Shown: positions 1 to 12,960 of the stretch, one piece after another
Layout: each line of letters starts with the position of its first letter
How positions within the stretch are numbered: the stretch's first letter is position 1
From: the human T2T-CHM13v2.0 reference genome, Homo sapiens
DNA length: 64,000 bases
Reading direction: 5' to 3' (one strand)
Assembly: GCF_009914755.1 (NCBI RefSeq)
Contig: NC_060933.1
Notes under the pieces: model-generated
Told to the model about the DNA's origin: nothing
Seen by the model: only the letters and a program-made list of their open reading frames with translations
Database searches by the model: none
Made by a program: the position numbers and the translations under genes

Positions 1-3000
1 GTATTGCATTGCGGTGTTGATTTGCATTTCCCTGATGATTAGTGATGTTGAACATTTTTTCATGTGTTTGTTGGCCATTTGTATATCTTCTTTTGAGAAT
101 TGTCTATTCATATCCTTAGCCCACTTTTTGATGGGATTGTTTCTTTCTTACTGATTTGTTTGAGTTTGTTGTAGATTCTGGATATTAGTCCTTTGCCAGA
201 TGTATAGATTGTGAAGATTTTCTCCCACTCTATGGGTTGTCTGTTTACTATGCTGACTGTTCCTTTTGCCATGCAAAAGCTCTTTAGTTTAATTAGGTCC
301 CGGCTATTTATCTTTGTTTTTATCACATTTGCTTTTGGGTTCTTGGTCATGAAATCCTTGCCTAAGCCAATGACTAGAAGGGTTTTTCCAAAGTTATCTT
401 CTAGAATTTTATAGTTTCAGGTCTTAGGTTTAAGTCCTTAATCCATCTTGCGTTGATTTTTGTATAAGGTGAGAGATGAGGATCCAGTTTCATTCTCCTA
501 CATGTGGCTAGCCAATTATCCCAGCACCGTTTGTTGAAAAGGGTGTCTTTTTCCTACTTTATGTTTTTGTTTGATTTGTCTAAGATCAGTTGGTTGTATT
601 TGAGTTTATTTCTGGGTTCTCTATTCTATTCCATTGGTCTATGTGCCTATTTGTATAGCAGTACCATGCTGTTTTGGTGACTATGGCCTTATAGTACAGT
701 TTGAAATCAGGTAGTGTGATGTTTCCAGATTTGCTCTTTTTGATTAGTCTTGCTTCTTTTTGATTAGGCTATGCAGGCTCTTTTTTTGGTTCCATATGAA
801 TTTTGTAATTTTTTTTCGAATTCTAAAGATGAATGATGGTGGTATTTTGATAGGGATTGCACTGAATTTGTAGATTGCTTTTGGCAGTATGGTCATTTTC
901 ACAATATTGATTCTACCCATCCATGAGCATGGGATGTGTTTCCATTTGTTTGTGTTGTCTATGATTTCTTTCAGCAGTGTTTTGTAGTTTTCCTTGTAGA
1001 GGTCATTCAATTCCTTTCTTAGCTATATTCTTATGTATTTTTTTTTCTTGAAGCTATTGTAAAAGTGGTTGAGTTCTTGATTTCATTCTCTGCTTCGTTG
1101 TTGTTGGTGTATAGAAGAGCTACGGATTTGTGTACATTAATCTTGTATCTGGAAACTTTGCTGAATTCTTTTATCAGTTCTCGGAGCTTTCTGGAGGAGT
1201 CCTTAGGGTTTTCAAATAAACGATCATATCGTCAGCAAACACTGACAGTCTGACTTCCTCTTTACTGATTTGGATGCCCTTTATTTCTTCCTCTTGTCTG
1301 ATTGCTGTGGCTAGGACTTCCAGTACTATGTCGAAGAGGAGTGGTGAGAGTGGGCATTCTTGTCTTGTTTCAGTTCTCAGAGGGAATGCTTTCGACTTTT
1401 CCCCATTCAGTATTATGTTGGCTGTGGGTTTGTCATAGATGGCTTTTATTACATTGAGGTATGTCCCTTGTATGCCGATTTTTCTGAGAGTTTTAATCAT
1501 AAAGGGATGCTGGATTTTGTTGAATGCTTTTTCAACATCTATTGAGATGATTGTGAGATTTTTGTTTTTATTTCTGTTTATGTGGTGTATCACATTTATT
1601 GACTTGTGTATGTTAAAGCATCCCTGCATCCCTGGTATGAAACCCACTTGATCATGGTGAATTATCGTTTTGATATGCAGTTGGATTCAGTTAGCTAGTA
1701 TTTTGTTAAGGATTTTCGCATCAATGTTCATCAAGGATATCAGTGTATAGTTTTCTTTTTTGGTTATGTCCTTCCCTGGTTTTGGTATTAGGGTGATGCT
1801 GGCTTCATAGAATGAATTAGGGAGGGTTCCTTCTTTCTTTATCTTGTAGAATAGTGTCAAAAGGATTGGTACCAATTCTTATTTGAATGTCTGTTAGAAT
1901 TCTCTGAATCCATCCAGTCCTGGACTTTTTTTGTTGGTAATTTTTTAATTACCATTTCAATCTCGCTACTCGTTATTGGTCTGTTCAGGGCATCTAATTC
2001 TTCCTGAGTTAAGCTAGGAGGGTTATATTTTTCCAGGAATGTATCCATCTCTTCTAGATTTTCTAGTTTATGTGTGTAAAGGTGTTCATAGTAGCCCTGA
2101 ATGAACTTTTGTATTTCAGTGGTGTCAGTTGTAATATGTCCTATTTCCTTTCTTAGTGAGGTTATTTGGATTTTCTCTCTTCTTTTCTTGGTTAATCTTG
2201 CTGATGGTCTATCAATTTTATTTATCTTTTCAAAGGACTAACTTTTTGTTTCATCTATCTTTTGTATTTTTTTGTTGTTGTTTAAATTTCATTTAGCTCT
2301 GCTCTGATCTTGGTAACTTCCTTTCTTCTGCTGGATTTGGGTTTGGTTTGTTCTTGTTTCTCTAGTTCCTTGAGTTATGACCTTACAATGTCAGTTTGTG
2401 CACTAAGCTTAGGGCTATAAACTTTCCTCTTACCACTGCCTTTGTTGTATCCCAGAGGTTTTGATAGGTTGTGTCATTGTCATTTACTTTGAAGAATTTT
2501 TTAATTACCATCTTGATTTCATTTCTGATGCAATATTCATTCAGGAGCAGGTTATTTAATTTCCACGTATTTGCATGGTTCTGAAGCTTCCTTTTGGAGT
2601 TGATTTCCAGTTCTATTCCACCGTGGTCTGAGAGAGTGCTTGATATAATTTCAATTGTCTTAAATTTATTGAGGCTCATTATATGGCCTATCATATGGTC
2701 TATCATGGAGAAAGTTTCATGCACTGTTGAATAGAATGTGTATTCTGTGGCTCTTGTATGAAGTGTTCTGTATATATCTATTAAGTCCATTTGTTCCAAA
2801 GTATAGTTTAAATCCATTGTTTCTTTGTTAACTTTCTGTCTTGATAAACTGGCTAGTGCTGTTAGTGGAGTATTGAAGTCCCCCACTATTATTCGGTTGC
2901 TTTCTATCTCATTTCTTAGGTCTATTAGTAATTGTTTTATAAATGTGGGAGCTCCAGTGTTAGGTGCATATATGTTTAGGATTGTGATATTTTCCTGTTG

Positions 3001-3317
3001 GACAAGGCCTTTTACCACTATATAATGTCCTTCTATGACTCTTTTAACTGCTGTTGCTTTAAAGTTTGTTTTGTCTGATATAAGAGTAGCTATCCCAGCT
3101 CACTTTTGGCGTCTATTTGCATGAAATGCCTTTCTCCTCCCCTTTACTTTAAGTTTATATGAGTCCTTATGTGTTAGATGAGTCTACTGAAGACAGCAGA
3201 TAGTTGGTATTGATGAGTTCTTATCCATTCTGCAGTTCTGTATCTTTTAAGTGGAGCATTTAGGCCATTTGCATTCAATGTTAGTGTTGAAATATGAGGT
3301 ACTGTTGCATTCATCAT
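1..3317 (-). pseudogene. Decayed L1 ORF2 (endonuclease and reverse transcriptase)
   Basis: Peptides [58 protein letters not shown] and FADDM are spread over several frames with stops. Confidence 0.92.
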
Positions 3318-3379
3318 GCTCTTTGTTACCTTTGGGATTTTTGTTTGTTTGTTTTTGCTTTTTAACATGTATTTTCGTT

Positions 3380-4413
3380 TTATAGCTCCTGTGTGATTTA
3401 TGCTTTAAAGAGGTTCTGTTTTGATGTATTTCTAGAATTTGTTTCAAGATTTAGAGCTCCTTTTAGCAGTTCTTGTAGTGGTGGATTGGTAATAGCGAAT
3501 TCTCTCAGCATTTGTTTTCTGAAAATGACTATATCTTTCCTTGATATATAATGCTTAGTTTCACTGGATACAAACTTCTTGGCTGATAATTGTTTTGTTT
3601 GAGAAGACTGAAGATAGGGTCCCAATTCCTTCTAGCTTGTAGGGTTTCTGCTGAGAAATCTGCTGTTAATCTGATAGCTTTTCCTTTATGGGTTACCTGA
3701 TGCTTCTGTCTCATACCTCTTCAGATTCTTTCCTTCGCCTTAACTTTGGATAACCTGATGACAATGTGCCTAGGCGAAGATCTTTTTGTGATGAATTTTT
3801 CAGGTGTTCTCTGATCTTCTTGTGTATTGATATCTGGGTCTCTAGCAAGGCCAGGAAGTTTTCCTCAATTATTCCCCAGAATATGTTTTCCAAGCTTTTA
3901 GAATTCTCTTCTTCCTCAGCAACACTGACTATTCTTAAGTTTGGTCATTTAACATAATCCCAGACTTCTTGGAGACTTGGTTCATATTTTCTTATTCTTT
4001 TTTCTTTGTCTTTGTTGGATCAGGTTAATTCGAAGACCTTGTCTTTGAGCTCTGAATTTCTTTCTTCTACTTGTTTAATTCTATTTCTGCGACTTTCCAG
4101 AGCATTTCAAATTTCTAAAAGTGTGTCCAAAGTTTCCTGAATTTTTTTATTGTTTTCTCTTTAAGCTATTTACTTGAATATTTCTCCCTTCACTTCTTGT
4201 ATCATGTTTTTGAATCTCCTTGCATTGGGCTTTGCCTTTCTCTGGTCCCTCCCTGATTAGCCTAGTAACTAACCTCCTGAATTCTTTTTCAGGTAAATCA
4301 GGGATTTCTTCTTGGTTTGGATCCATTGCTGGTGAACTAGTGTTATTTTTTGGCAGTGTTGAAGAGCCTTGCTCTGTCATATTACCAGGGTTGATTTTCT
4401 GGTGACTTCTCAT
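3380..4413 (-). pseudogene. Decayed L1 ORF1 (ORF1p)
   Basis: Peptides MDPNQEEIPDLPEKEFRRL, KAIRLTADFSAETLQARRNW and LREFAITNPPLQELLK, frameshifted. Confidence 0.9.
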
Positions 4414-7077
4414 TTGGGTAGGCTCTGTCAGAGGGAAGGTCTAGGGCTGAAAGCTGTTGTTCAGATTCTTTTGTCCCATGGGGTGTTCTCTTGATGTAGT
4501 ACTCCCCTTTTTCCTATGGTTGTGGCTTCCTGTGAGCCAAACTGCTGTGATTATTGTCTCTCTTCTGGGACTAGCCACCCAGCAAGTCTACCCGGCTCCA
4601 AGCTGGTATTGGGGGTTGTCTGCACCAACCACCATCTATGGGTCTCTCAGTCATGGATACCAGCTGCTGTTCCAGTGGAGGTGGTGAGGTGGGTTCAATG
4701 GACTCTGTGAGGGTTCTTAGCTTTGGTGGTTTAGTGCTCTATTTTTGTGCTGGTTGGCCTCCTGCCAGGAGGTGGCACTTTCCAGAAAGCATCAGCTATA
4801 GTAGTATGGAGCGGGACAGGCAGTGAGCAGGGCCCTAGAACTCCCAAGATTATATGCCCTTTGTCTTCCATTACCAGGGTGGGTAGGGAAGGACCATCAG
4901 GTGGGGGCAGGGCTAGGCATGTCTGAGCTCAGACTCTCCTTGAGTGGGTCCTGCTGGGGCTGCTGTGGGGCATGGGGGTGAGATTCCCAGGTCAATGGAG
5001 TTGTGTACCTACAAGGATTATGGCTACCTTTTCTGAGTCATGCAGGTGGTCAGGGAAGTGGGGGAAAGCCAGCAGTCACAGGCCTCACCCAGCTCCCATG
5101 CAAACTGAAGGGTCAGTCACTCTCCCACCATGGCCCCACCCCAATAGTCCCGAGTCTGTTTCCAGGTGAAGGGTGTGATGGGCTTGAAAACTTGCCCCAG
5201 GCTACCCGCCTCGCAACTGAGAGAGAAAAGGGCTTGGTTCTTCCCCCACCTGTGGAGTCTGCAAACCAGATTTGTGCCCTCCCCCAGGTTCTGGCCAGGA
5301 GGCTTCTCATCCTGTTCAAATTGTTACAAAGTTCAGCTAGAGATTGCCTTCTCCCTGTGGAATTTTACCCCCTGCTCCTCTGGTCTCCCTCCCAATGGAT
5401 TCCTGTGGTGCCAGGCAGGAATGGCCTGCTAGGGGACAAGCAAGGTCCCAGGGCCTTTCTGCTGCTTCCTCTAACCGTGTATTTCACTCAGCTCTCCAAA
5501 TTGACTCAGCTCCAGGTAGTTGGAAACTTCTGCAAACAGACCTTCAGGTTCTCCAGTTGGGGATGTGTGTTCAGGAGAGGAGGGTCTCCTTTTCCCACTT
5601 CTGCAGTCGGGGCACTCACAGTATTTGGAGTGTCTCCCAGGTCCTGCAGGAGCAGTCCACTTCCTTCAGAGGGTCTGTGGGTTCTCTTGGGATTGCTGGT
5701 TTGTTCTTGCAGTTGAACTGGAGCTAAAATTCACAATGTGAGCTTCCGCAAGCTGCTCTGTCTGGAGCTGCAATCTAGTCCTGCCTCCCATCTGCCATGA
5801 TGATCGCCCTAAATTATACACATTTTTAATTTTAACAACATCATTAAGCTTCTATGAAATATCTCCCCAAATGTCTTTTTAAATGACTGCATGTTAGTAT
5901 ATTATTAGATATTTTGGTTGCTGTTACTTTTTAACTATTATAAATAATATTGTGATAAATGTCTTTTACAAAAATCTTTGATTAAATATCTGATTTTTTT
6001 TATAAGACAGATCCCTAAAGTTTCAAAGGAACCTGTTAAAGACTTTGTCACACCTTGCCAGTTTCCCTCTATAAAGTTTATGCCAAATACATTCCTACCA
6101 GAACAGTATGAAAGCATTCACTTTTTTTACATCCTTGCCAACGCTAGGCTTTTTCACTATTTCTGGCATTCAGTTTATATTTGTTGTTTACCTACAATGG
6201 TCAGATCTTGGGCTATGGCCTCAATAAATGCAGCATAGTAGAACAAACAGTGAATAAATATAATTTATGATGTTAAAAATAAGTATGTAAAATGAGTGTG
6301 TCTTACAAAAGGGGAGGCAACTGCCTGAGAAGAAAACAAACTTGAGTTATAGCAAGTAGTAGTATAGCCCAGCTGAGAAGGCCTTCTTCCTCAAAAATAT
6401 CTTCTAGATATTAAAATGTACTTCTGGTATATAATATTTTAAATGTCATCCCACAGATGAAGAGCAGGCATACCACTTCCAAAAGCTGGCCAACCAGTGG
6501 AAGCCAAACAGAACTTTAACCAACATTTCGTGACAGCCAAGGAAAAGAATCTTAACAATCCTGAGCTAGATCCAAACCTCGCAATGAGTACATGGATGGC
6601 AAATTCAAATATGACCCAGTGGGGCACTTTCTGCTCTTCAGAGGCAGCCTTTACACAGGTTTAGGAAGATTTGCTGAGCATTTTCCAGTACAAGGCACTA
6701 ACTTTTTTGTAAGCCTTCTAAGATCAGGAAAAATGTATTTAATTTAGAAATAATGCAGGTATATTAATACCTAAAATTTCAATGCACCATAGGAATTTAA
6801 CTACAAAATTCTGGTGTAAGTCAAGGAAAGCCATGAAGCTAAAATCAGCAAGCCTCTTAACTATAGAGCAGTAAATGTGGCCAAAAACATTTAAAACATA
6901 GAGCAAATCTAAATTGAATAAAAAGGAATTGAAAACACTGCCAAATGCAAAATTAAGCTCTCTTGTTCTCTCATTTTGCAGTTAATTTACCCCCATTACA
7001 ACATTACAACCCTTTGGTCTACTATTTGCCATGAATTTTACTGCCAGGATTTTAACTGCTTTTTAATATGCCCTCAG

Positions 7078-7081
<4 letters not shown>

Positions 7082-7119
<38 letters not shown>

Positions 7120-7122
7120 ACA
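7082..7122. repeat. (CA)n microsatellite abutting the HSMAR2 left end
   Basis: About 20 CA units seen directly. Confidence 0.95.
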
Positions 7123-8455
7123 CGAGGAGTCTTCAAAAGGTTCATGGCAAATGCAAATTATGGAAAAACTACAAGTGTATTTCAAATTTTTTGCACCAAA
7201 ATAAACTCATACTAACTTGTTATATATAACATATCTGAACAGGATCTAGTTTGAGGCACTAAGAAGAATAAGACAGTCTACAGCCATACCAGCTTGAATG
7301 TGCCCAATCCTTGTCTGGCCTCAGAAGCTAAGCAGGGATGGTCCTGATTAGTACTTTGTAAGAAGGATAAGACATCAGTTTGAAAAGAGCCCCTATCAGA
7401 GCAGTATAAATTCTGCTAAAATTGAAGCAAGAACAAACACCAAATTTCTAGTAATGTTTGGGTGAAAGAGTGATGAAATCATTGATGCTGTATGAAAAGT
7501 TTATGGTGAAAAGTCCCTCAAAGAAGTTTACAAATGGATAACTCATTTTAAGAGGAGATGAAACAATGTTGACAATGACACTCATAGCAGCAGACCAACC
7601 ACATAAATCTGGAAGGAAAAGATTAATCTATTTGTGCCCTAACTGAAGAGGACAAATAATTAACAGCACACATAACAGCCAACGCCATAGACAGCTCAAC
7701 TGGTTCAGCTCACACAATTCTGAAGTTGAGCAAACTTTCCACTCAATGAGTGCCAAAACCATTGTGCCTAGATCAGCTGCAGACAAAAGTAGAGCTGTCA
7801 GTGGACATTTTAAACAGGTGGGATCAAGATCCTGTACTATTTTCTCAAAGAATTGTATCAGCAAGTGAAACATGGCTTTACTGATATGATCTTGAAGATG
7901 AAATACAAAGCATTGGCTACCAGAAGTGGAAGTGGTTCAGTCAAAGCAAAAGCAGACCAATCAAAAGCAAAGGTCGTGTCAACAGTTTCTAGGGATCCTC
8001 AAGGCATTTTGCTGTTGACTTTTTCTGCAGGGCCAAAGAAAGATAACATCTGTTTATTATGAAAGTGTTTTGAGAAAGCCAAATCTTTAGCAGAAAAATG
8101 CCTGGGAAAGCTTCACCGAGAGTCATTCTCCACCATGCCAATGCTCCCGCTCATCCTTCTCATCAAACAAGGGCAATTTTGCAATTTATAGTCCTGGTTT
8201 GGCTCCCTCTGACTTCTTTTTGTTTTCTAATCGTAAACGATGGCAATTTTTCTGCAGTTAATAATGTAAAAAAGACTGCATTGGCACGATTAAATTCCCA
8301 GCACTTTCAGTTCTTTTGGGGGATGGACTAAACAGCTGGTATTATCACTAATAAAAGTGTCTTGAATTTGACAGAGCTATGTTCAGAAATAAAGTTTAGG
8401 CTTTTATTTTTATCTTTTAATTCTAGTTTTCTATGAACTTTTTGAAGTCTCCTTA
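7123..8455 (+). mobile_element. HSMAR2 mariner DNA transposon, near full length, transposase dead
   Basis: Inverted ends CGAGGAGTCTTCAAAAGGTTCATGG and CTATGAACTTTTTGAAGTCTCC, ~1.3 kb long. Mariner-like peptide VILHHANAPAHPS (HDNAPAH motif). The expected ATGAATTCTGCTAAA start reads ATAAATTCTGCTAAA. Confidence 0.9.
7276..7358 (+). pseudogene. RNA5SP: 5S rRNA retropseudogene, 3'-truncated (~83 nt)
   Basis: GTCTACAGCCATACC...TCAGAAGCTAAGCAGGG...TTAGTACTT matches 5S rRNA from nt 1. Flanked by 16-bp TSD TAAGAAGAATAAGACA (7260-7275) / TAAGAAGGATAAGACA (7359-7374). Confidence 0.92.
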
Positions 8456-8699
8456 TACACAACATTAGGGCATAAATTACTCCAAGAACAAAAGAAAAAA
8501 ATATTTGTACCCTAAGCAATGCGTGCCTGGCACTTTCTGCAAATGCCCCCAATATCCAAAATTATTTGTGTGTGAATAATCCTACCTTGGGCTATTGTTC
8601 AAGAAACAAATAGCAAAATCTAGATATTAAAAGATATTTAATGAGAGTCTAAGATGATACATTTTTCTTTAAGTTTCAACACTGAATTAGCAGCACTGA

Positions 8700-8880
8700 G
8701 GAGGCAATATAAAATAGTTAAGGGCCTAAAAGTATGGATTTGAATTTCTACTGAATAATTAAAATCCATGTGACTTCACAAATCACTTAACCTTTTGTAA
8801 CCCTATACAATGTGTGTTAGGAAAATAATACTTAACCTCTAGAGTTATTGTAAAAGTTAAATGAAAATAGTACCATATTA
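8700..8880 (+). mobile_element. MIR remnant
   Basis: Degenerate MIR core (TGTGACTT...TCACTTAACCT...AATAATACTTAACCTCTAGAGTTATTGT). Confidence 0.55.
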
Positions 8881-10579
8881 GTAGTAGTACATATCAGCTG
8901 TTGTTTTGATTACTTAACTATTATGCTTAGAGAGAAATTCCTAGTCCTCCTAGATTTCACAGCAAATTCTTGTTGAAATATATAGGGTGTTACAATCACT
9001 CAGAGCTTTTTGCCCAAACCCAAAACCTGAAAAATATCATTAAATCCTTGTGTGCAGTTAGTTTCTAATGTTAGACAATTTTCTAAGCCTACCTAGTATT
9101 TATTTCTGCTCTTAAATATATAAACCTCAATACAGTTCATGAGAACATATAGATTCATAGCCTGTAGAAATAATTGCTTTTCAAATGTATTAGTCAGAGA
9201 GAATTGTTTAAGAATTTTTTTAAAGATCTGTCAAAATCACAAAAACCAGACCATCTCTGAGAGGCAGGGGAACCATCTGCTCAGATCCATATTGGCACTG
9301 CTCTCCCTCCAGAACACTGCTCTCCCTCCAGAGTAGCTTGTTCTGAAAGGATGAGGACCTGTCTCAAGTGGCTACAGATCCTGGCTCAGGTGATAACCTT
9401 TCTTAGGTAGACTATATTGATAGCTGGAGGAGTGATAGAGTACTCTGTTTTAATTGTAAAGATGATGTCACTCCGCCTGGTTCTTCCTTGAAGCATTCTA
9501 CAGCGTAGAATTAAGCAGAATGTCTGAGGTCCCAGATGACTAAAATTAGTGAGAAAATGAGGGACCCTTAGGTGTAGCACTGAATTGTTTTTTGAATCAA
9601 AGTTTACAGAAGGCCTTGTCAGAAGCTTATGTCTAAGGAAGCATAAGCTTCTTAGCCACAATAAGAAGATGCAAGATTCCAAGGAAATCAAATGGTGAAA
9701 TTTGTCTGAATAATGTTTTGAGGAATGATCAAAATACAGTATGTATTTGGAGAATAACTAAAATTCTAGGACTGAAGCTCTACTTAATTTCATTCTTCAT
9801 TCTAATTGTTTTTCCATTTACATTCACAACTTAGAGAGATGGGAAGATCAAAAAGACAGAAAGAGTGAAATTCTGTTTAATTGCAGGATCTTATGTTCAC
9901 AGGAAGGTTGAAAGCCTGAATCCTTATTAAAAGTTTAATCTGCATCTTCTTTATAGCAACACATTTCCACTTGGGACAGTTTTATATCTATCTTGGCAAG
10001 TGAATTTAATCCAGGAAAATGCATTTGCTTACTATTCTCTTGGACAAACAAATTGTTGGTGTGCCTTGACATTCTAGAATAGTAACTCTTATTATTTTCT
10101 CTGTTGTTATTCACAAACTTTGACATCTTCCTGTCAGTAGCATTATCCATGCAATTCATCAAAGCTTCAGTTTTAACATAAACTCCTCAAACACACCTCG
10201 CTTGAGAAGTGTCCTCACTGGCTTTTTTCTGTTATATCCCTTCAAGTTAACTTCCACCTGACAAATCAAGTTTTTTTTTTCTTTTCTGTAACCATTAATC
10301 TTCACTGAAAAGCTGTTCAAATGCCTTCCAACAGCTTCAGGGGCAGAACCTCCTGCTGGCGCTCATAACTCTCATAAATATTATTGGGATTGTGTATGTA
10401 CATCAGAGAGAGATACTGAACCCCAGAGAACATGAAAGGAAAAACAGCAACTTCATTCTGAGTGAATATAAGTTGTGCAACTGAACACAGGAGACAATGC
10501 ATGCAGAAAATTAGTTAGCAATTGAAAGGGCAAACAGGTGTTCCACATGGGCTCTGCTTCTAGGAGGAAATAAGAATGT

Positions 10580-10735
10580 CACACTTTATTGTGTATTATT
10601 CTTGCTTATTATTATATCTTATCTCCTCTAGTAAATGATAAACTTCCTGCAAGCAGCATCTTTGTATTATGTATGAAGTATTTGTCAGGCATTCAGAAAA
10701 TGTTTGTGAATAAATGAATGGATGAGTAGATAAGT
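10580..10735 (+). mobile_element. L2 3' end remnant
   Basis: Ends in AAATGTTTGTGAATAAATGAATGGATGA, typical of the L2 tail. Confidence 0.55.
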
Positions 10736-10883
10736 GAGTAGATACATGGGTGGATGAAAATACCTTCTGAAATAAAGCCTATATTATTAACATTTCAAAA
10801 AAATAGTCTCTAGTAAGAACATACTCCTTAATACCAAAATAAGCAAAATATTCCAAGACTTTTTGGAAAGCACTGTCACATTA

Positions 10884-10885
<2 letters not shown>

Positions 10886-10928
<43 letters not shown>
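10886..10928. repeat. (TG)n microsatellite
   Basis: About 21 TG units. Confidence 0.95.
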
Positions 10929-10930
<2 letters not shown>

Positions 10931-12219
10931 TTATCTCAAAGCCACCCACATAATTTTTGAGGATCACTGTTTTAGAGATTAAAAACATCACCGTATTTTT
11001 TAAATCTTGGTGTTAGTTGCCTGGCCATGCACTGGAGCCTTAGAGCATTTTCTAAAGAAATATTTCCTGTGGAAATAAGTGAGGGAAGATTATGACAGGG
11101 AAAAAGAAGCATTTCTAACAAATTGGGTCAAAAAGAAAAGAAGATTTAATACCCTCAAAAATTATACTTACATTAATGCTCAGAACATTTATATAGGAGC
11201 TAGAGGAGGGGTAAAGCTCTTGTGATTAGGAGAGTATGAATTTAGAGTTGTGAAATTAGCCTTACCACATTTGAGTATTCTAGTGAGAATCATATTCTAA
11301 CAGAGAGAGTATCAGAGTGTTTCTTCTGCCTCATTATTTCAGTTTTACTTCTGGCAAGGTAGCCAAGTGAGTTTGCTGGTCCGTGATGATTCTCTATGAA
11401 CTCACATAGCGATAAACAGCTCAGAACACTTCTCAAAGCCCTATGCAAAACCTAGCTTCTTCCCCAGACACTGGAGCTATTTGAAAGGGAATTTAAAACA
11501 ACTTTGATTGATATGTTAAAGGTTCTAATTGAAAAGTAGAACACATCCAAGATCAGAGGGATAATTTCATCAGAGAGGTGATAGAAAAAATATAAAACCA
11601 TAACAGAGACAAATAACATCTTTAACAGCTCATTTGTAGACTCAACACAAATAGACTTGAAGAAAGGTAAGTAAGAGCAATTACCCCAAATGAAATCCAG
11701 CAAGGAAAAAAAATGAATAAAAACTTTCAAAAGAATAGAAAATCCAAGAGCTAGGCAGTAATATTCTGGAGGACAAGAAAGAGAAAAAGGGGCAGAAGAA
11801 TATATGCAAAGAAATAATGACCAAGAGTTTTCTAAAATTTATAACAGCCATGAAACAGTATATCTAAGAAACTCAGAAAATACCAACCATGATAAATACC
11901 AAAACAAAAAAAGATCTAGACATAACATATTCAAACTGCTAAAACAAAGACAATGAGAAATTCTTGAAAGACAATCAAATATAAAAGAAACTTTATATAT
12001 AGATGAATAAACATAATAATTACAACAAACTTCTTATCAGAAACATCTGAGCCAGAAGACAATACCATTAAAGTGGTGAAAGAAAAATCTCTCAACCCAA
12101 AAATCTATACCCAGCAAAAACATTTTTCAAAAATGAAGGAAAAATAAAGACTTTTTAAACAAAAACTGAGGAAACTTGTTTCCAGCAGACCTACTGTACA
12201 AGAAATATTAAATTTCTCC

Positions 12220-12930
12220 TTGTACACTGTTCGTAGAAATATAAATTTGTACAGCCGTTTTGGAAGATTCTATCCTCAATTGATTTGAAATCAATTTGTC
12301 AGAGAGATGTCTGCACTCCCATGTTTATTGCAGCGCTAGTCACAATAGCCAAGTTGTGAAATCAACCTAAGTTTCCACCAACAGATGAGTGGATAAAGAA
12401 GGTGTGGTGTATACACACAATAGAATACTATACAGCCTTTAAAAAGAAAGGAGTTCTGTCATTTACAAAAACACAAGTGAGCCTGGAGGACACTGTGTTA
12501 AGCAAAATAAGACAGGCACAGAAAGACAAATATTGCATGTTCTCATTTCTATGTGGAATCTAAAACAATGACATTTGCAGAAGTGGAGAGTAGAATAGTG
12601 ATTGCCAGAGACTGGGAGTTTTAGGGAGTAGGGGAGATGACAGTCAAAGGGTACAAGGTCTCAGTTAGACAGGAGGAATAAGGTTTCTTTAGATCTATTC
12701 TACAGTATAGTGAATATAGTTAATAATAGTGTATTATATATTTCTAAGTTGCTAAAAGAGTAAATTTCAAATGTTCTCATCACAGAAAGGATACGTATTG
12801 GAGGTAATGGATATGTGAATTAGCTTGACTTAATTACTCCACATGGAATGTATAAATCATAACATCACTGTGTTCCCCATGAATATATACAATTATAGTT
12901 TGTCAACTTGTAATAAAATTCTTAAAAGAA
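12220..12930 (+). mobile_element. L1MA-type 3' end fragment
   Basis: ORF2 C-terminal sequence (TGCACTCCCATGTTTATTGCAGC) plus L1MA 3'UTR (CAAATGTTCTCATCACAG...). Confidence 0.8.
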
Positions 12931-12960
12931 ATTCAAAAATTCTTCAGGCATAAATAATAT

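Larger units (their letters stand above)
1..5808 (-). mobile_element. LINE-1, L1PB-type with L1PBa-like 5'UTR; 5'-complete, runs off the left edge of the window; ORFs disrupted
   Basis: Minus-strand ORF fragments translate to L1 ORF1 and ORF2 in colinear order. The 5' end reads ATCATGGCAGATGGGAGGCAGGACTAGATTGCAGCTCC, resembling the L1PBa 5' end. Confidence 0.93.

Noticed and set aside
1-4413. L1 ORF1/ORF2 peptides as active genes
   Set aside because: Multiple stops and frameshifts; old subfamily; not retrotransposition-competent.
7276-7358. Functional 5S rRNA gene
   Set aside because: Truncated at ~83 of ~120 nt, many substitutions, flanked by a TSD, no terminator or array context.
10313-10395. 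Hydrophobic peptide AFQQLQGQNLLLALITLINIIGI as a membrane-protein exon
   Set aside because: Short, unrecognised, marginal splice signals and no partner exons; compatible with chance in AT-rich DNA.
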